Shown: positions 35,401 to 44,871, numbered from the stretch's first letter. The stretch: 64,000 nt of DNA from an uncultured Verrucomicrobiota bacterium (GCA_903835555.1 CAILNN010000420.1:4990-68989); one strand, 5' to 3'. Numbers and translations: made by a program. The notes: generated from the letters alone by a model not told the origin.

Positions 35401-38400
35401 GCGTCCAAGTGCCGGAGGGTAACCTGGCCGTGGGTCCAAGCGAGGTCAAAGCCGCGATCGGACATTCGCGGACTTTGGTAGCGCTCGACCAGCGACAGCG
35501 CGGCCTCCCGGGTTTCAGCCATGCCTGTCACGATGTCCATCGTCGCGGTTTGATAGGGAGTCAGCCGGAGGGTACGGCGAAGCGACAAAATGGAATCGGG
35601 AACTGCTCCCACGGTATTCGAAAGCGGAATGGCCGTGGCCATGGCGTCTGGTTGGACGAGGCTTCCGCAACGCCCAATGAAACGGGCGCGATCGGTCTCA
35701 CAAGTGATAGCTCGGGAATCGCCTCCGGGGACGATTAAGAGATGAATCAACCAAGGTGGCATTTCTTCTTTTGATCGGGCACGGCGGGTACAAAGCAACG
35801 CGGATGTGCCGGGATTGAATTCGGTCTGTAAGAACATCTTGCTGAATAATGGATGGGCGATATCCGCCGCGGCAAGCGCCAGAACCGGCTCGAGGTAGGT
35901 CGTCACTTCCAACTCCCGAAGCAGGGCGGAGTGATTGGTGATGGTCAGGCGTCGAAGTTCGACATCATCCTCTGGCGAGACACTGATGGCCAAATGCACC
36001 TCGAATTCAGAATTCCGGTGCCGGAACTCCGCCCTCGCCTCGGTAAAAATGGTTTCGCTTTCCAGCGTTGTGCAGAGGGTAGGCTGAGGGGTGGCGGACC
36101 AAAATTCTCCGGAAACCGGCTCGCGCAGGTAGACGAACGTTCCCCAGCAATCGCGGGTGGCATCTTCCTGCCAACGGCTGACGGAGAGGTCTTTCCAACG
36201 TGCGTAACCGCCACCGGTGCTGCTGACCATGACGTGGTAGCGCCCGTTTGACAGAAGTTGAACTTCCGGGGCCTGAGGCGACATTTCGGTGAACACCCGC
36301 ATCATACTTTCGTTCTTAGCGGCAAGGGTGTGGGTGGTTTCCAAGGTCAGGTCTTCGGCAAAGACTCCAGGCACAGCGCGCGGAACCCGCTCCTGCAAGA
36401 GCAGGTCGGATGCCTTGAGGACGGGGCAAGCGAGAAACCGGCGTTGCATGGGCCCTTCTTGGAGAAACTGTGACAGGGCGAGCAGACTCATCCCCTGGTG
36501 GTGAACCATGAAGGAACGGACGGTTGCACTGGATTCCCCGGGAGGCAGACGGGTCGGGGTATAATCAATGGCTTCATAGAAGCCGTAGTTACCACTCCGT
36601 CCATCGCGATACAATCGCTGCAGGTTTTCGCAGGCTGCCCGTGGATCGATCATCAACGCCAGCGCCGTGGCATAGGGTGCGATGACGAGGTCTTCCGATA
36701 ATCCACGCTTGAGACCAAGCCCGGGGACACCAAAAGCGCGATATTGGTAGTTCAATTCGACATCCGTCCGATTGTAGCCGGACTCAGAGATTCCCCAAGG
36801 AACACCTCTCAATTTCCCATAGGCGATCTGCTGCCGGACAGCGGCGCGACAGGTGCGGTCCAGGAGCGTATTTTCATAGGACGGCATCACCAGCATTGGC
36901 ATGAGGTACTCGAACATGGAGCCGCTCCAGGAAACCAATTTAGGCCCGCACTGTCCGCCAACCAGCAACCGGCCCAGGGCAAACCAATGATCCTGGGGGA
37001 TTTGGCCCAAGGCGATGGCCACAAAACTGCACACTCGGGCCTCGGAAGCTAGGAGGTCATAGTAGCCGGGGTCACATCGGTGCTCCGCCATGCGGAAACC
37101 GGTTGAAAACAGTTTCCGTTCGGAATCAAACAGGAAGGTAAAGTCCATGGCGGCCATGGTTTCACACACCCGGGCCAGCTCCTCCAGTTCCGCCAGACGT
37201 TCCTTGGTTCGCGTCGCAGATTGTTGAAGCCACACGATTAATTCAGATAGCTTTCGGGCGGGAGGAACCAAAGGGGTAGCGGTGTCGGGCGGGCGGTGAC
37301 TGGATTCGACGGATTCGGCCAGTCCGGAAGCCAGGCAGGCCCAACTTGTCAAACTTAGTGGCGAATCAAAGGAATTCACGACGGTTTCCCAATGGCCAGA
37401 CACGGAATCAGTGGAAGCCATCGTGGGTGTGTCTGTCTCCGTAAGCCAGGGAGCGATGAAAAGCAGGTCTGCCAAATGGTCACGACAGTTCTGGTCCAGC
37501 ACATTCGCCCACTCCCGACATTGGTTCTCCGTATCCTTTGAGGCTTCCAACAGGGCGTTCGTCAGAAGCGCAACTTGCGACAGGCAGCGGTAAGTGGCAC
37601 CCAGTCCAACCGTCGGCGCGGTTAGCACGGCCTCAAGCACGTCCAATGCGGCGGGCGGGCCCCCCGCGAGTCGAATTATACGGACGGTGTCCATCAACCC
37701 CCGAGAAGGACTTTGGAGGTCCATCGGAAGTCCGGCCAATTCTCTCAGGCCGGCAGACAGGGTGAGCAGGTGCACAGCGAGATTGCCACTATCAACACTG
37801 GAGATATACTGCGGTAATAGCGGCTGTTGCGTTCGGGTGTTGTACCAATTAAAAAAGTGCCCCCGGTGGCGCTCGAGCCGCTGCATCGCGGTCAATGCAT
37901 CGCGTGATCGCCGGAGGAACAACCCAGGGGACAGATAGCCGAAATCGCACGCCGTCAAATTTGAGAGCAGCGCCAGCCCCATATTTGTTGGAGAGGTCCG
38001 CGAGGCCACGCGTCCGGCAGGAATTTCCTGGAAATTATCGGGTGGCAACCAGTTCTCCTCAACGGTCACAAAGGCTTCAAAGAATCGCCAGGTCCTACGA
38101 GCGGTAAGTCTCAGGAACTGAAGCTGATCCGCTGTTAACGCGGGTGGAATTGTTGAAATAGTTCTACTGATCCACCAAGCCAGTCCGGGTCCAAGCCACC
38201 AGAGCAACAGAAAAGGAAGGGCCACGGGCAGACTACCAGGTTGGACATACGCAATGGCGATTCCACTGACTGTGGCAACGAGAGGTGCACTGGCCATGCT
38301 GCAATAGGACCGAATCAACCCATCGGCTTCATGACTCTCGGATTCCCCGGAGGTCCGCCATTGCATCAGTCGGCGGCCCGTAATGCATACCCGGGCCACG

Positions 38401-41174
38401 GTCCGGGCAATGGCGTCCAAGTTGAGTGCGGCATCGCATGGGAGGAATGCCACGTTCAGCAAAAGTTGGCCCAACTGCCGGATGGCAGACAGACCGACCT
38501 GACAAAGGTGCAGTCCTACCGCGATTTCCTCCGGTTTTATCATGACGGTTCCGAAGGCCATTAGCATTGCTGGGAGGATCAACACACCGACGACCAAGAG
38601 GTCTGCGTCAAGAGCGAAGGAAGGAATAAACAACCAACTTCCCAACAAAAAAGCGGTCAGCGCTGCGGGAACCAAGCTGCGGCGGAGATTATCCAATAAT
38701 TTCCACTGGGAAAGAAGGGTCAGGGGATTTGCCTGGGTTGCTCCATCCGCCCGAGGTGGGCATCGCAGCAGCCACCGCACTGCTTGCCAATCCCCGCGAA
38801 TCCAGCGGTGACGACGCGCGGCGTCGACGTTGTAGCGAGTGGGAAATCCTTCGTAGAACTCTACGTCGCTGACCAAGGCAGACCGGGCGTGGCAGGCCTC
38901 CAGCAGGTCATGGCTGAGCACCGTGTTTTCCGGGAAACGCCCGGCCATCACGCGTTCGAAGGTATCGACATCATAAATCCCTTTCCCGACAAAGGAACCC
39001 TCCTGGAAGAGGTCCTGATAAAGGTCTGAAACAGCCCGGGTATAGGGGTCGATGCCGGAATCGCCCGCAAACAGGCGGGCAAACCAAGTGCGTCGAGCCG
39101 TGGGCAGACTGACTCCAACGCGAGGTTGGAGGATTCCGTAGCCGTCCGTGACAATACCTCTCGCCGGATCGAATTCGGGTCGATTCAGCCGATGGGCCAT
39201 GATTCCGACAAGCTGCCGAGCGGCATTTCTCGGAAGCTGTGTGTCCGAATCAAGGGTGACGACATATCGGACAGACGCAAGAATTCCAATCTCCCCAATG
39301 ACAACGGAGAAACAGTGGCTGGCACCTCCGCGAAGGAAGGCATTGAATTCACTTAATTTTCCTCGCTTTCGCTCATAGCCCATCCACAATCGTTCCCCGG
39401 CATTCCACCGCCGAGGACGATGAAACAGATAAAAGATGCTTCGTCCGGCGGCTGAATATCTCTGATTCAGGGCAATTATACCAAGCCTCGCCCGCTCCAA
39501 CAGTGCCGCGTCCCCCAAAGTCGATTCCGTCAGCGAATCGGTGAAATCCGTCAATAGGGCAAAATGCAGATGGGTATCTGGATTGGCCAGGTGATGAATT
39601 TCGAGGTTCCCAATGAGTTGGTCCACTCCATCTTCGGTTGAGATCAAGGTAGGAACCACGACCATGGTTCGGCGGTCGGGAGGCAAGCCGCGGGAATAAT
39701 CCAATCGCGGAAGCAACCGTGGTTTTATCAAACCGCCAAACAGCAGGTTGGTCAACGCAACGGCCAACTGGCTCGCCCCTATCAAGACGATCGGAACGAA
39801 CGAAAGATAAAGCCATTCGGAGATGCCCATTCGTTGGGCCTTTTGACTCCAGGCCAATCCGGCCAGGATCGTCGATAGGCAGATCGTGCCTCCATAAAAC
39901 AGCAATGGATGCCCGAGAACAACAGCCTCGACCTTGCAGGACCACGGTAAGCGGACGCCGAGGTCCGCACGTAAGGCATCGTGTCCGCGTCCGATCAGAT
40001 GATATCCAACATGAGCGGGCCGTGCATCCATCCCGAAAGTCGAGACCCCTTCAGCCGCGCGTCGGATTGCCTTTTCGGCAGCCTCGGACTCGGTGACCCG
40101 TCCATGGCGAGCAAGAGATTCGACGGCGTGGCGATAACAATCCCGAGTCTGGAAATCCATTTCCGCGTAAACGGACGCGGGATCGGAACGCAAGATCGTT
40201 TCCACCTGACTGTGCGACTCCACGAATCGCATCCAATCCATGGTACTAAGAAATCGTAAACTGGAGATGCCGTGGCTGACGGAAACCTGATCAGCCGCCT
40301 GGCTCTGGCTTTCCTGGTGAATGAGAAGCTCAATAGTGGTTCCCTGTTCCGCCAAACGTTGATCCAGCCAATTGCGGGCGAGTTGAAGGATTGGGCTTTG
40401 CCGAGAGAGTCGCTGGCAGAATTCGGCCACAAAGGCTGACGACAGCGACAGGTCCGCCTTGGCCATCTCCGCCACCACAATGACCAATTGGGAAGCCTGT
40501 TTCCCGGTCATCTCCTGGAGTCGATTCACCCAAACATCCGCCGAGTCTCGATCCGCCCTGGCCAAAGTGAGTCGGGTGGCTATACGTCGGAGGTTCTCAA
40601 TCAAACCGAGGCGAAGCATGATCGGAATGGCCCAAAGCTCACCAAGCTTAAGGGAGGAAACAGACTGATACGCGGCAACAAATGCCGAGAGGGGCTCTGC
40701 ATCAATCTGCGCGTCGACGTGGGCAATTAATTCCAGAATGATGTCGTAAACCCTGGGCAAACCGCTGGAGGAACCGCGGACCAACCGTGGCAATTCACGG
40801 CTGTATCCAGATGGGAGATGTCGTCTCGCCAACTGTATTTGTTCTTCAATCAAATAAAAATTATCGAGCAACCATTCTGCCGCCGGAGTCAGATGTCGCT
40901 CGCGACCGATGATTAAGGTGGTACGATTGAAGTCCCGCAAGACCTGCTCGTTGGCATCCAGACAGGCAAGCAGTCGATTGTCTCGATGGCGAATAATAAC
41001 CTCATGCTTTTCAGCCAACATCCGAGCATGGCGGACAAGCTGGTCCCCGCTCATCAATTCCGCCCGGAGCGGCGGGTCATCACTCAATGGGTGAAGGCGC
41101 AAGGCCACCCATCTTTGGAAAAGCGAGGCCAGGGATTGTATCATGGGCTTAAATTGGAACCCCGCCCACGTCAC
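32415..41174 (-). CDS. ndvB: Cyclic beta-1,2-glucan synthase (GT84 + GH94-type, NdvB/ChvB/Cgs-like)
   Basis: 2919-aa single ORF with an N-terminal membrane/GT region (VVPTLIS...LLTDF...DSDT). The C-terminal glycoside-phosphorylase region has GFRDQLQD and MGCGDWNDGMN. Size matches known Cgs proteins. GTG start at 41174 or ATG at 41144. Confidence 0.85.
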   Translation of the reverse strand: MTWAGFQFKPMIQSLASLFQRWVALRLHPLSDDPPLRAELMSGDQLVRHARMLAEKHEVIIRHRDNRLLACLDANEQVLRDFNRTTLIIGRERHLTPAAEWLLDNFYLIEEQIQLARRHLPSGYSRELPRLVRGSSSGLPRVYDIILELIAHVDAQIDAEPLSAFVAAYQSVSSLKLGELWAIPIMLRLGLIENLRRIATRLTLARADRDSADVWVNRLQEMTGKQASQLVIVVAEMAKADLSLSSAFVAEFCQRLSRQSPILQLARNWLDQRLAEQGTTIELLIHQESQSQAADQVSVSHGISSLRFLSTMDWMRFVESHSQVETILRSDPASVYAEMDFQTRDCYRHAVESLARHGRVTESEAAEKAIRRAAEGVSTFGMDARPAHVGYHLIGRGHDALRADLGVRLPWSCKVEAVVLGHPLLFYGGTICLSTILAGLAWSQKAQRMGISEWLYLSFVPIVLIGASQLAVALTNLLFGGLIKPRLLPRLDYSRGLPPDRRTMVVVPTLISTEDGVDQLIGNLEIHHLANPDTHLHFALLTDFTDSLTESTLGDAALLERARLGIIALNQRYSAAGRSIFYLFHRPRRWNAGERLWMGYERKRGKLSEFNAFLRGGASHCFSVVIGEIGILASVRYVVTLDSDTQLPRNAARQLVGIMAHRLNRPEFDPARGIVTDGYGILQPRVGVSLPTARRTWFARLFAGDSGIDPYTRAVSDLYQDLFQEGSFVGKGIYDVDTFERVMAGRFPENTVLSHDLLEACHARSALVSDVEFYEGFPTRYNVDAARRHRWIRGDWQAVRWLLRCPPRADGATQANPLTLLSQWKLLDNLRRSLVPAALTAFLLGSWLFIPSFALDADLLVVGVLILPAMLMAFGTVMIKPEEIAVGLHLCQVGLSAIRQLGQLLLNVAFLPCDAALNLDAIARTVARVCITGRRLMQWRTSGESESHEADGLIRSYCSMASAPLVATVSGIAIAYVQPGSLPVALPFLLLWWLGPGLAWWISRTISTIPPALTADQLQFLRLTARRTWRFFEAFVTVEENWLPPDNFQEIPAGRVASRTSPTNMGLALLSNLTACDFGYLSPGLFLRRSRDALTAMQRLERHRGHFFNWYNTRTQQPLLPQYISSVDSGNLAVHLLTLSAGLRELAGLPMDLQSPSRGLMDTVRIIRLAGGPPAALDVLEAVLTAPTVGLGATYRCLSQVALLTNALLEASKDTENQCREWANVLDQNCRDHLADLLFIAPWLTETDTPTMASTDSVSGHWETVVNSFDSPLSLTSWACLASGLAESVESSHRPPDTATPLVPPARKLSELIVWLQQSATRTKERLAELEELARVCETMAAMDFTFLFDSERKLFSTGFRMAEHRCDPGYYDLLASEARVCSFVAIALGQIPQDHWFALGRLLVGGQCGPKLVSWSGSMFEYLMPMLVMPSYENTLLDRTCRAAVRQQIAYGKLRGVPWGISESGYNRTDVELNYQYRAFGVPGLGLKRGLSEDLVIAPYATALALMIDPRAACENLQRLYRDGRSGNYGFYEAIDYTPTRLPPGESSATVRSFMVHHQGMSLLALSQFLQEGPMQRRFLACPVLKASDLLLQERVPRAVPGVFAEDLTLETTHTLAAKNESMMRVFTEMSPQAPEVQLLSNGRYHVMVSSTGGGYARWKDLSVSRWQEDATRDCWGTFVYLREPVSGEFWSATPQPTLCTTLESETIFTEARAEFRHRNSEFEVHLAISVSPEDDVELRRLTITNHSALLRELEVTTYLEPVLALAAADIAHPLFSKMFLQTEFNPGTSALLCTRRARSKEEMPPWLIHLLIVPGGDSRAITCETDRARFIGRCGSLVQPDAMATAIPLSNTVGAVPDSILSLRRTLRLTPYQTATMDIVTGMAETREAALSLVERYQSPRMSDRGFDLAWTHGQVTLRHLDATEGDAQLFSRLASALIYADPVRRANACILRGNRKGQNALWSYGISGDLPILLLRISDANKIEIVRQLIKAHAYWRMKGLITDLVILNEDISVYRQSLHDQIISLVSSGLGAQLLDKPGGIFVRHLEQMSHEDRTLLQAVARVFVDDERGTLADQVEPHLALVPLVPAFSPVRIGGVETSHPLVLPKRRFPNGLGGFSEDGQEYIVFLESGQTTPAPWVNVIANPTFGTIVSESGSGYTWLENSHEFRLTPWSNDPVMDTPGEALYLRDEETGQFWSPTPLPVRGATPYLIRHGFGYSIFEHSENGIHSELTIFVAMDAPVKFYQLKLRNDSGRTRRVSITGYWEWVLGELRTKTFLHVQTEVDFKTGALLAYNHYNSEFPNRIAFVDVSHPHRTSTGDRREFIGGNGNLGNPAALRRSALSGRVGAGLDPCGAVQVALELADAQERETTFRLGVGCGLPDVSTLIQRYRRFDSTSGVLASVRAHWQRILGTIQIETPDPAANFLANGWLLYQTLSCRLWGRTGFYQSGGAYGFRDQLQDVMALVHAAPTLTREHILRAAAHQFREGDVQHWWHPPSGRGVRTHFSDDLLWLPYVTCQYVETVGDHSVLDEKIGLLEARLVKPEEESYYDQPNPAEESITLYQHGVRAIERGSRFGTHGLPLMGCGDWNDGMNRVGNEGRGESVWLAFFLYDVLIKFERLARHRLDTLFADRCLATASNLQKSIEAQGWDGDWYRRAYFDNGEPLGSHLNTECQIDSIPQSWAVISGAADPVRARHAMSQVDGRLVRRGDRLIQLFDPPFDKSTSNPGYIKGYIPGVRENGGQYTHAAIWSVMAFALLDQNSLAWELFGLINPVLHSLTPKSAAIYKVEPYVVAADVYSRTPYIGRGGWTWYTGSAGWMYRLLVETLLGLNRVGDQLFLSPHLPDDWNQCTLHYRFHESTYHIHISLPNHPSAQAGVLTVDGEVLPGVMLPLKNDHRDHLVTLLLARPTPPPPLV

Positions 41175-41243
41175 GCCTTTCCTCCGCAGGTATTGGCTGG
41201 CTCACATAGACAACCCCGTTTTGAAAACCCATCCCAGTCGAAT

Positions 41244-41393
41244 TCAAGTTCCGCGTCGCCCCCCGATGAGGTTGACAAGAACCATGACAATAGCGACCAC
41301 CAGAAGAATGTGGATGAATCCTCCGATAGTGTAACTGGTGACCAATCCGAGGACCCAAAGGATCAGGAGCACGACAGCAATGGTATAGAGCAT
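41244..41393 (-). CDS. lmo0937-family small membrane protein (49 aa, below the ORF-track cutoff)
   Basis: Hand translation gives MLYTIAVVLLILWVLGLVTSYTIGGFIHILLVVAIVMVLVNLIGGRRGT, matching the conserved lmo0937-type sequence. Confidence 0.7.
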   Translation of the reverse strand: MLYTIAVVLLILWVLGLVTSYTIGGFIHILLVVAIVMVLVNLIGGRRGT

Positions 41394-41467
41394 AAGACAG
41401 TATAATTCAAATGACTACCGTGACACGAGACCGGCATGCCGAATGCCGGTTCGTTGTCCCGATCCGG

Positions 41468-42244
41468 TTACTTCGCCGATGCGGCGGAAATCTCGACGAC
41501 CAATTGGTTGTTGACCTGGCGGACGCCGTTGATGTCCCCGACCAGTTTGCCAACGAGGCTTTTTTCCGCGTCATTGGAAGCACGACCTGTCAAGGTAACC
41601 ACACCTTCGACAGTGGAAACCTTGATCTTCGAAGACCGGGTAGAACGGTGCGCGAGGAGGGCGGATTTCACCTGAGCGGTAATCGAGGCATCGTCAATCT
41701 TTTCGTCCATGCTTTCCTCGGGCTTCACCGGCGCAACTGACACCGTCAGTTCATTCTTTACGTCGCGAACGCCTTCGACGTCCTTGGCGTATTCTCCGGT
41801 CAATTCCTTTTGGGCCAAACTAGAAACTTCCCCATGCAGGGTAACGATGCCGTCCGAAACAGACACATCCGTACCGGTGGAGCTGACATGCCGATGGAAC
41901 AAAAGCGTCGATTTCACCCGGAGAGCCAGCCAAGTGTCCGAATGTTCAGGCTGGGGATCTCCTTTAATTTTGAGCTGATTGTCGACCCGTAGGACCCCGG
42001 GTAAGCCTTCAACGGTGTCCTCAGCCAGTTTACGGTGCTCGATCACTTCAACCGTTCCGGTTAATGTCACAACCCCTTCTTTGGATTCGGTGTGAATGGA
42101 ATCGCCGACGAGGTAGGTCTTGAAAACATACGACTTCCTGGCGGCCGACTCAATGCGGTCGTCGGTCTCAGATGCGGTCAAAATCAATGGCGCGATAAAC
42201 AGGGCACCAGCCACCCATGGGGCGAGGGAGAGAGTCTTTTTCAT
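41468..42244 (-). CDS. Periplasmic BON-domain protein (OsmY-like, three BON repeats)
   Basis: Signal peptide followed by three ~65-aa repeats, each ending G.VTL.G.V......A......GV..V.N.L.V. Confidence 0.8.
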   Translation of the reverse strand: MKKTLSLAPWVAGALFIAPLILTASETDDRIESAARKSYVFKTYLVGDSIHTESKEGVVTLTGTVEVIEHRKLAEDTVEGLPGVLRVDNQLKIKGDPQPEHSDTWLALRVKSTLLFHRHVSSTGTDVSVSDGIVTLHGEVSSLAQKELTGEYAKDVEGVRDVKNELTVSVAPVKPEESMDEKIDDASITAQVKSALLAHRSTRSSKIKVSTVEGVVTLTGRASNDAEKSLVGKLVGDINGVRQVNNQLVVEISAASAK

Positions 42245-42313
42245 AATCTTATTGCAGCGAACACCACGTGGTGTTTGCAGCGGAAGAATCGTAAGTGATG
42301 TCTTGATTTCAAT

Positions 42314-42329
42314 CCATGGGGTGTAACCC
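42314..42329 (-). promoter_or_regulatory. Stress-motif copy upstream of BON/OsmY-like gene
   Basis: Minus strand reads GGGTTACACCCCATGG, about 70 nt before the ATG at 42244. Confidence 0.4.
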
Positions 42330-42409
42330 GACTGAATCGAATACCAAACCGCTTCGTGGCGATCGCCGGTCGGAAACCCGCGCATGCCCATGGGAAACCT
42401 GGCCTATCT

Positions 42410-43957
42410 TCAGGGGGCCGACTTGATTATTGGGCGCTCAAAATCAATGAAACCACGCTCGACATCGATATGAAGCAATTTGACCTGAACTCTGTCCCCC
42501 ACATCCAGCCCTTGAAAACCAATATCCACCCGCCCCTCAGTCGGTGGCTGGAAGATACGTACCCACGTACCCTTATTCGATGCACCCGTGACGATGGCAT
42601 CAAAGGATTCGCCAATTCTGCCGGATAAAAGGAGCGCAGCGGCTGACTTTCGCAGATGCCGTTCAACTTTTGTTGCATCGTCCTCCCGGTCGGTGCAACG
42701 TTTCGCAAGTTCGCCGAGTTCGGAAATGGTATAGGGCAATGTCGCACCCGAAATCGCCGCCTTTAAGAGGCGTTGGGTGAGGAGGTCGGGAAAGCGTCGG
42801 TTTGGCGCGGTCGAATGAGTGTAGTCCCGGACCGCCAGAGCGAAATGACCGGGCGGTACGCCACCAGGAAGGTCCAGATCGTACTCACCACGACCAATCA
42901 ACTTGACTACAGCCAAAGAGAGATCGGGGAATTGGTCAGGAGCAGCCTTGCGACGCCGTTCCAGGAAAGCTTCGAGTGCCACAACATCCGGCTTTTCCGG
43001 CAGTCGCTCATTGAATCCGCCCGCCAGCGCGACGATGCGCTCCCATCTCTCAGGCGATCTTAACACTCGACGGATGGATGGGAATTTCCGGGATGCCAGG
43101 TAGGTTGCGGACGCTCCGTTGGCGGCAACCATGAATTCCTCAATCAACTGAGTCGCCCTATTCTTCCAATCTGGCTCCAGTCCGGCAATGGAATCCCCCT
43201 TGAAAATCGCCCGTGGCTCAATTGTTTCTAGACTGAGTGCACCCCGCGTTTGTCTGAGGCCGACAAGACGTTGAGCAACTCCATCCTGAAGCCGAAGATT
43301 GGTGGCAAGTCCCGGTACTTTTGGAATCTGATCTGGAATGGAGCTTTCGCCAGCAAGCCATGCACCCAGGCTTCGGTAGGCCAGTTTCGCCCGGTTACGG
43401 ACCAGAGCGCGGTAGTGTTCTGAGTAAGCAAGCGATCCATCGGCCTCGAATACCATATCCGTAACGACGGCAACGCGATCCTGGTCCTCATTAAGCGACG
43501 TCAAATTCGTCGACAATGCGGTCGGCAACATCGGAAAGACCAGGGACGGCGTATAAACGGAAGTCGTGTTACGAGCGGCGTGCCCATCAATCGCGGAGTC
43601 CCTCTGGACAAGTGCATCGACGTCGGCAATAGCAACGAGGACCCTCATACGACCGTTTTCTAGCGATTCGGCGACAGTGATTTGGTCAAGATCGAGAGAA
43701 TCGTCGTTGTCGATGGACGCCCAAGGCCGGTCCCGCAGGTCCTTCAAATCGATGGTTGCCACAGCCGCTTCTTGAATCGCCAACAATTGTTGCAAAGCAT
43801 TTGGCGGGAAATCGGGCTCAAGTCCGCGCTCGATCATGGCTCGATGGGCTATCCCAGCGAGGATTTCTCGGTCGTTTGCTGGACCTTGAGAATATTTGCC
43901 GATTTTACCTAGTGTTTTCTCGGCGTTAGGAACGGTAGCGGTCATGAGGTTTGTCAT
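42410..43957 (-). CDS. RNB-domain exoribonuclease (RNase II/R family) with C-terminal S1-like domain
   Basis: SIDNDDSLDLDQ, the RNB catalytic-region pattern, HFALAVRDYTHSTAPNRRFPDL, and a C-terminal S1-like beta segment. Confidence 0.75.
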   Translation of the reverse strand: MTNLMTATVPNAEKTLGKIGKYSQGPANDREILAGIAHRAMIERGLEPDFPPNALQQLLAIQEAAVATIDLKDLRDRPWASIDNDDSLDLDQITVAESLENGRMRVLVAIADVDALVQRDSAIDGHAARNTTSVYTPSLVFPMLPTALSTNLTSLNEDQDRVAVVTDMVFEADGSLAYSEHYRALVRNRAKLAYRSLGAWLAGESSIPDQIPKVPGLATNLRLQDGVAQRLVGLRQTRGALSLETIEPRAIFKGDSIAGLEPDWKNRATQLIEEFMVAANGASATYLASRKFPSIRRVLRSPERWERIVALAGGFNERLPEKPDVVALEAFLERRRKAAPDQFPDLSLAVVKLIGRGEYDLDLPGGVPPGHFALAVRDYTHSTAPNRRFPDLLTQRLLKAAISGATLPYTISELGELAKRCTDREDDATKVERHLRKSAAALLLSGRIGESFDAIVTGASNKGTWVRIFQPPTEGRVDIGFQGLDVGDRVQVKLLHIDVERGFIDFERPIIKSAP

Positions 43958-44043
43958 TTAACGTTGCCGGTGTTCGAGGCATCTATCGGTAAGCAATGAC
44001 ATCCCGACCCATGCCCGCTCACGCACCTGGAACATCACCGCTG

Positions 44044-44685
44044 TCAACTGTTTGTCTCGCAGATCAGGTTTGGGTACTCATGATGATCCAGAGTCTCTAG
44101 TTTTGTCTGATTCAGGATAGCCTTGGCGTGGCAGGTGTCATCAATTGTGCCGTGGGCGACGAGAACGAACTTACCCGTCTTGAGGGCGGTCTCGTATTGC
44201 AGAATGCTGTTCTTGGGAATGCCGATGCTATAGAGAGCCGCTCCCGCAGCACTTAAGCCACCGATGACCACAGCACCCTCCAAAGCGCCGACGATCCAAC
44301 CGACCAATGGCCCGGCCACTAGCAATGGACCTAGGCCGGGAATCCAAAATAATGCTGACCCGAACAAAAGGCCCCACAATCCACCCCAGAAAGCCCCTGA
44401 TTTCCCCCACGCCATCATCCGGTCGCCGATATTATAATAGCCAATGACATGTTCATCGGTGTGATAGTCACGGCCTATGATAGACAATTTCTTCATGTCA
44501 AAGCCGGACTTTTGAAGCTCCTTTATACCTCGTTCAGCTGCCGGATGGGTTGCATACACAGCCACAACGGAGTTGCACTTGCCGGTGGGCTTTGGGGAAC
44601 TGTCACTCGAAACATGCCCTACTTCGGGTAGGACATTCGTTCTTGGTTCCGAGCGAATTTGCTCGGGTGATTTTGCAATATTCAT
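44044..44685 (-). CDS. General-stress membrane protein (YflT/GSP17M-like N-domain plus glycine-zipper TM region)
   Basis: VAVYATHPAAERGIKELQKSGFDMKKLSIIG followed by a Gly-rich TM segment. Lies 11 nt after the entericidin gene. Confidence 0.5.
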   Translation of the reverse strand: MNIAKSPEQIRSEPRTNVLPEVGHVSSDSSPKPTGKCNSVVAVYATHPAAERGIKELQKSGFDMKKLSIIGRDYHTDEHVIGYYNIGDRMMAWGKSGAFWGGLWGLLFGSALFWIPGLGPLLVAGPLVGWIVGALEGAVVIGGLSAAGAALYSIGIPKNSILQYETALKTGKFVLVAHGTIDDTCHAKAILNQTKLETLDHHEYPNLICETNS

Positions 44686-44696
44686 AACGTTATAAA

Positions 44697-44837
44697 TTAT
44701 TTGGTACTGTCCTGAATACCCTCGCCTGCTTTTTCGACGTCCTTGCCGAATCCGCGGGTGGTATTGCATCCGGTGCCGATCAGTACGACCAGACAGGCGA
44801 GAAGAAGGAGGCGTGCAGTTCGATTTAGAGATATCAT
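44697..44837 (-). CDS. Entericidin EcnA/B-family lipoprotein (46 aa)
   Basis: LLLLACLVVLIGTGCNTTRGFGKDVEKAGEGI: a lipobox Cys followed by the NT.RG.G.D motif of entericidins. Confidence 0.65.
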   Translation of the reverse strand: MISLNRTARLLLLACLVVLIGTGCNTTRGFGKDVEKAGEGIQDSTK

Positions 44838-44871
44838 GCCAGTAATACTTGGGCTTGCGGGGAACTTACAA

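Noticed and set aside
33765-35738. Several 230-290-aa plus-strand ORFs inside the 8.8-kb gene.
   Set aside because: They are antisense to the continuous 2919-aa glucan synthase ORF, which carries clear GH94/GT motifs.
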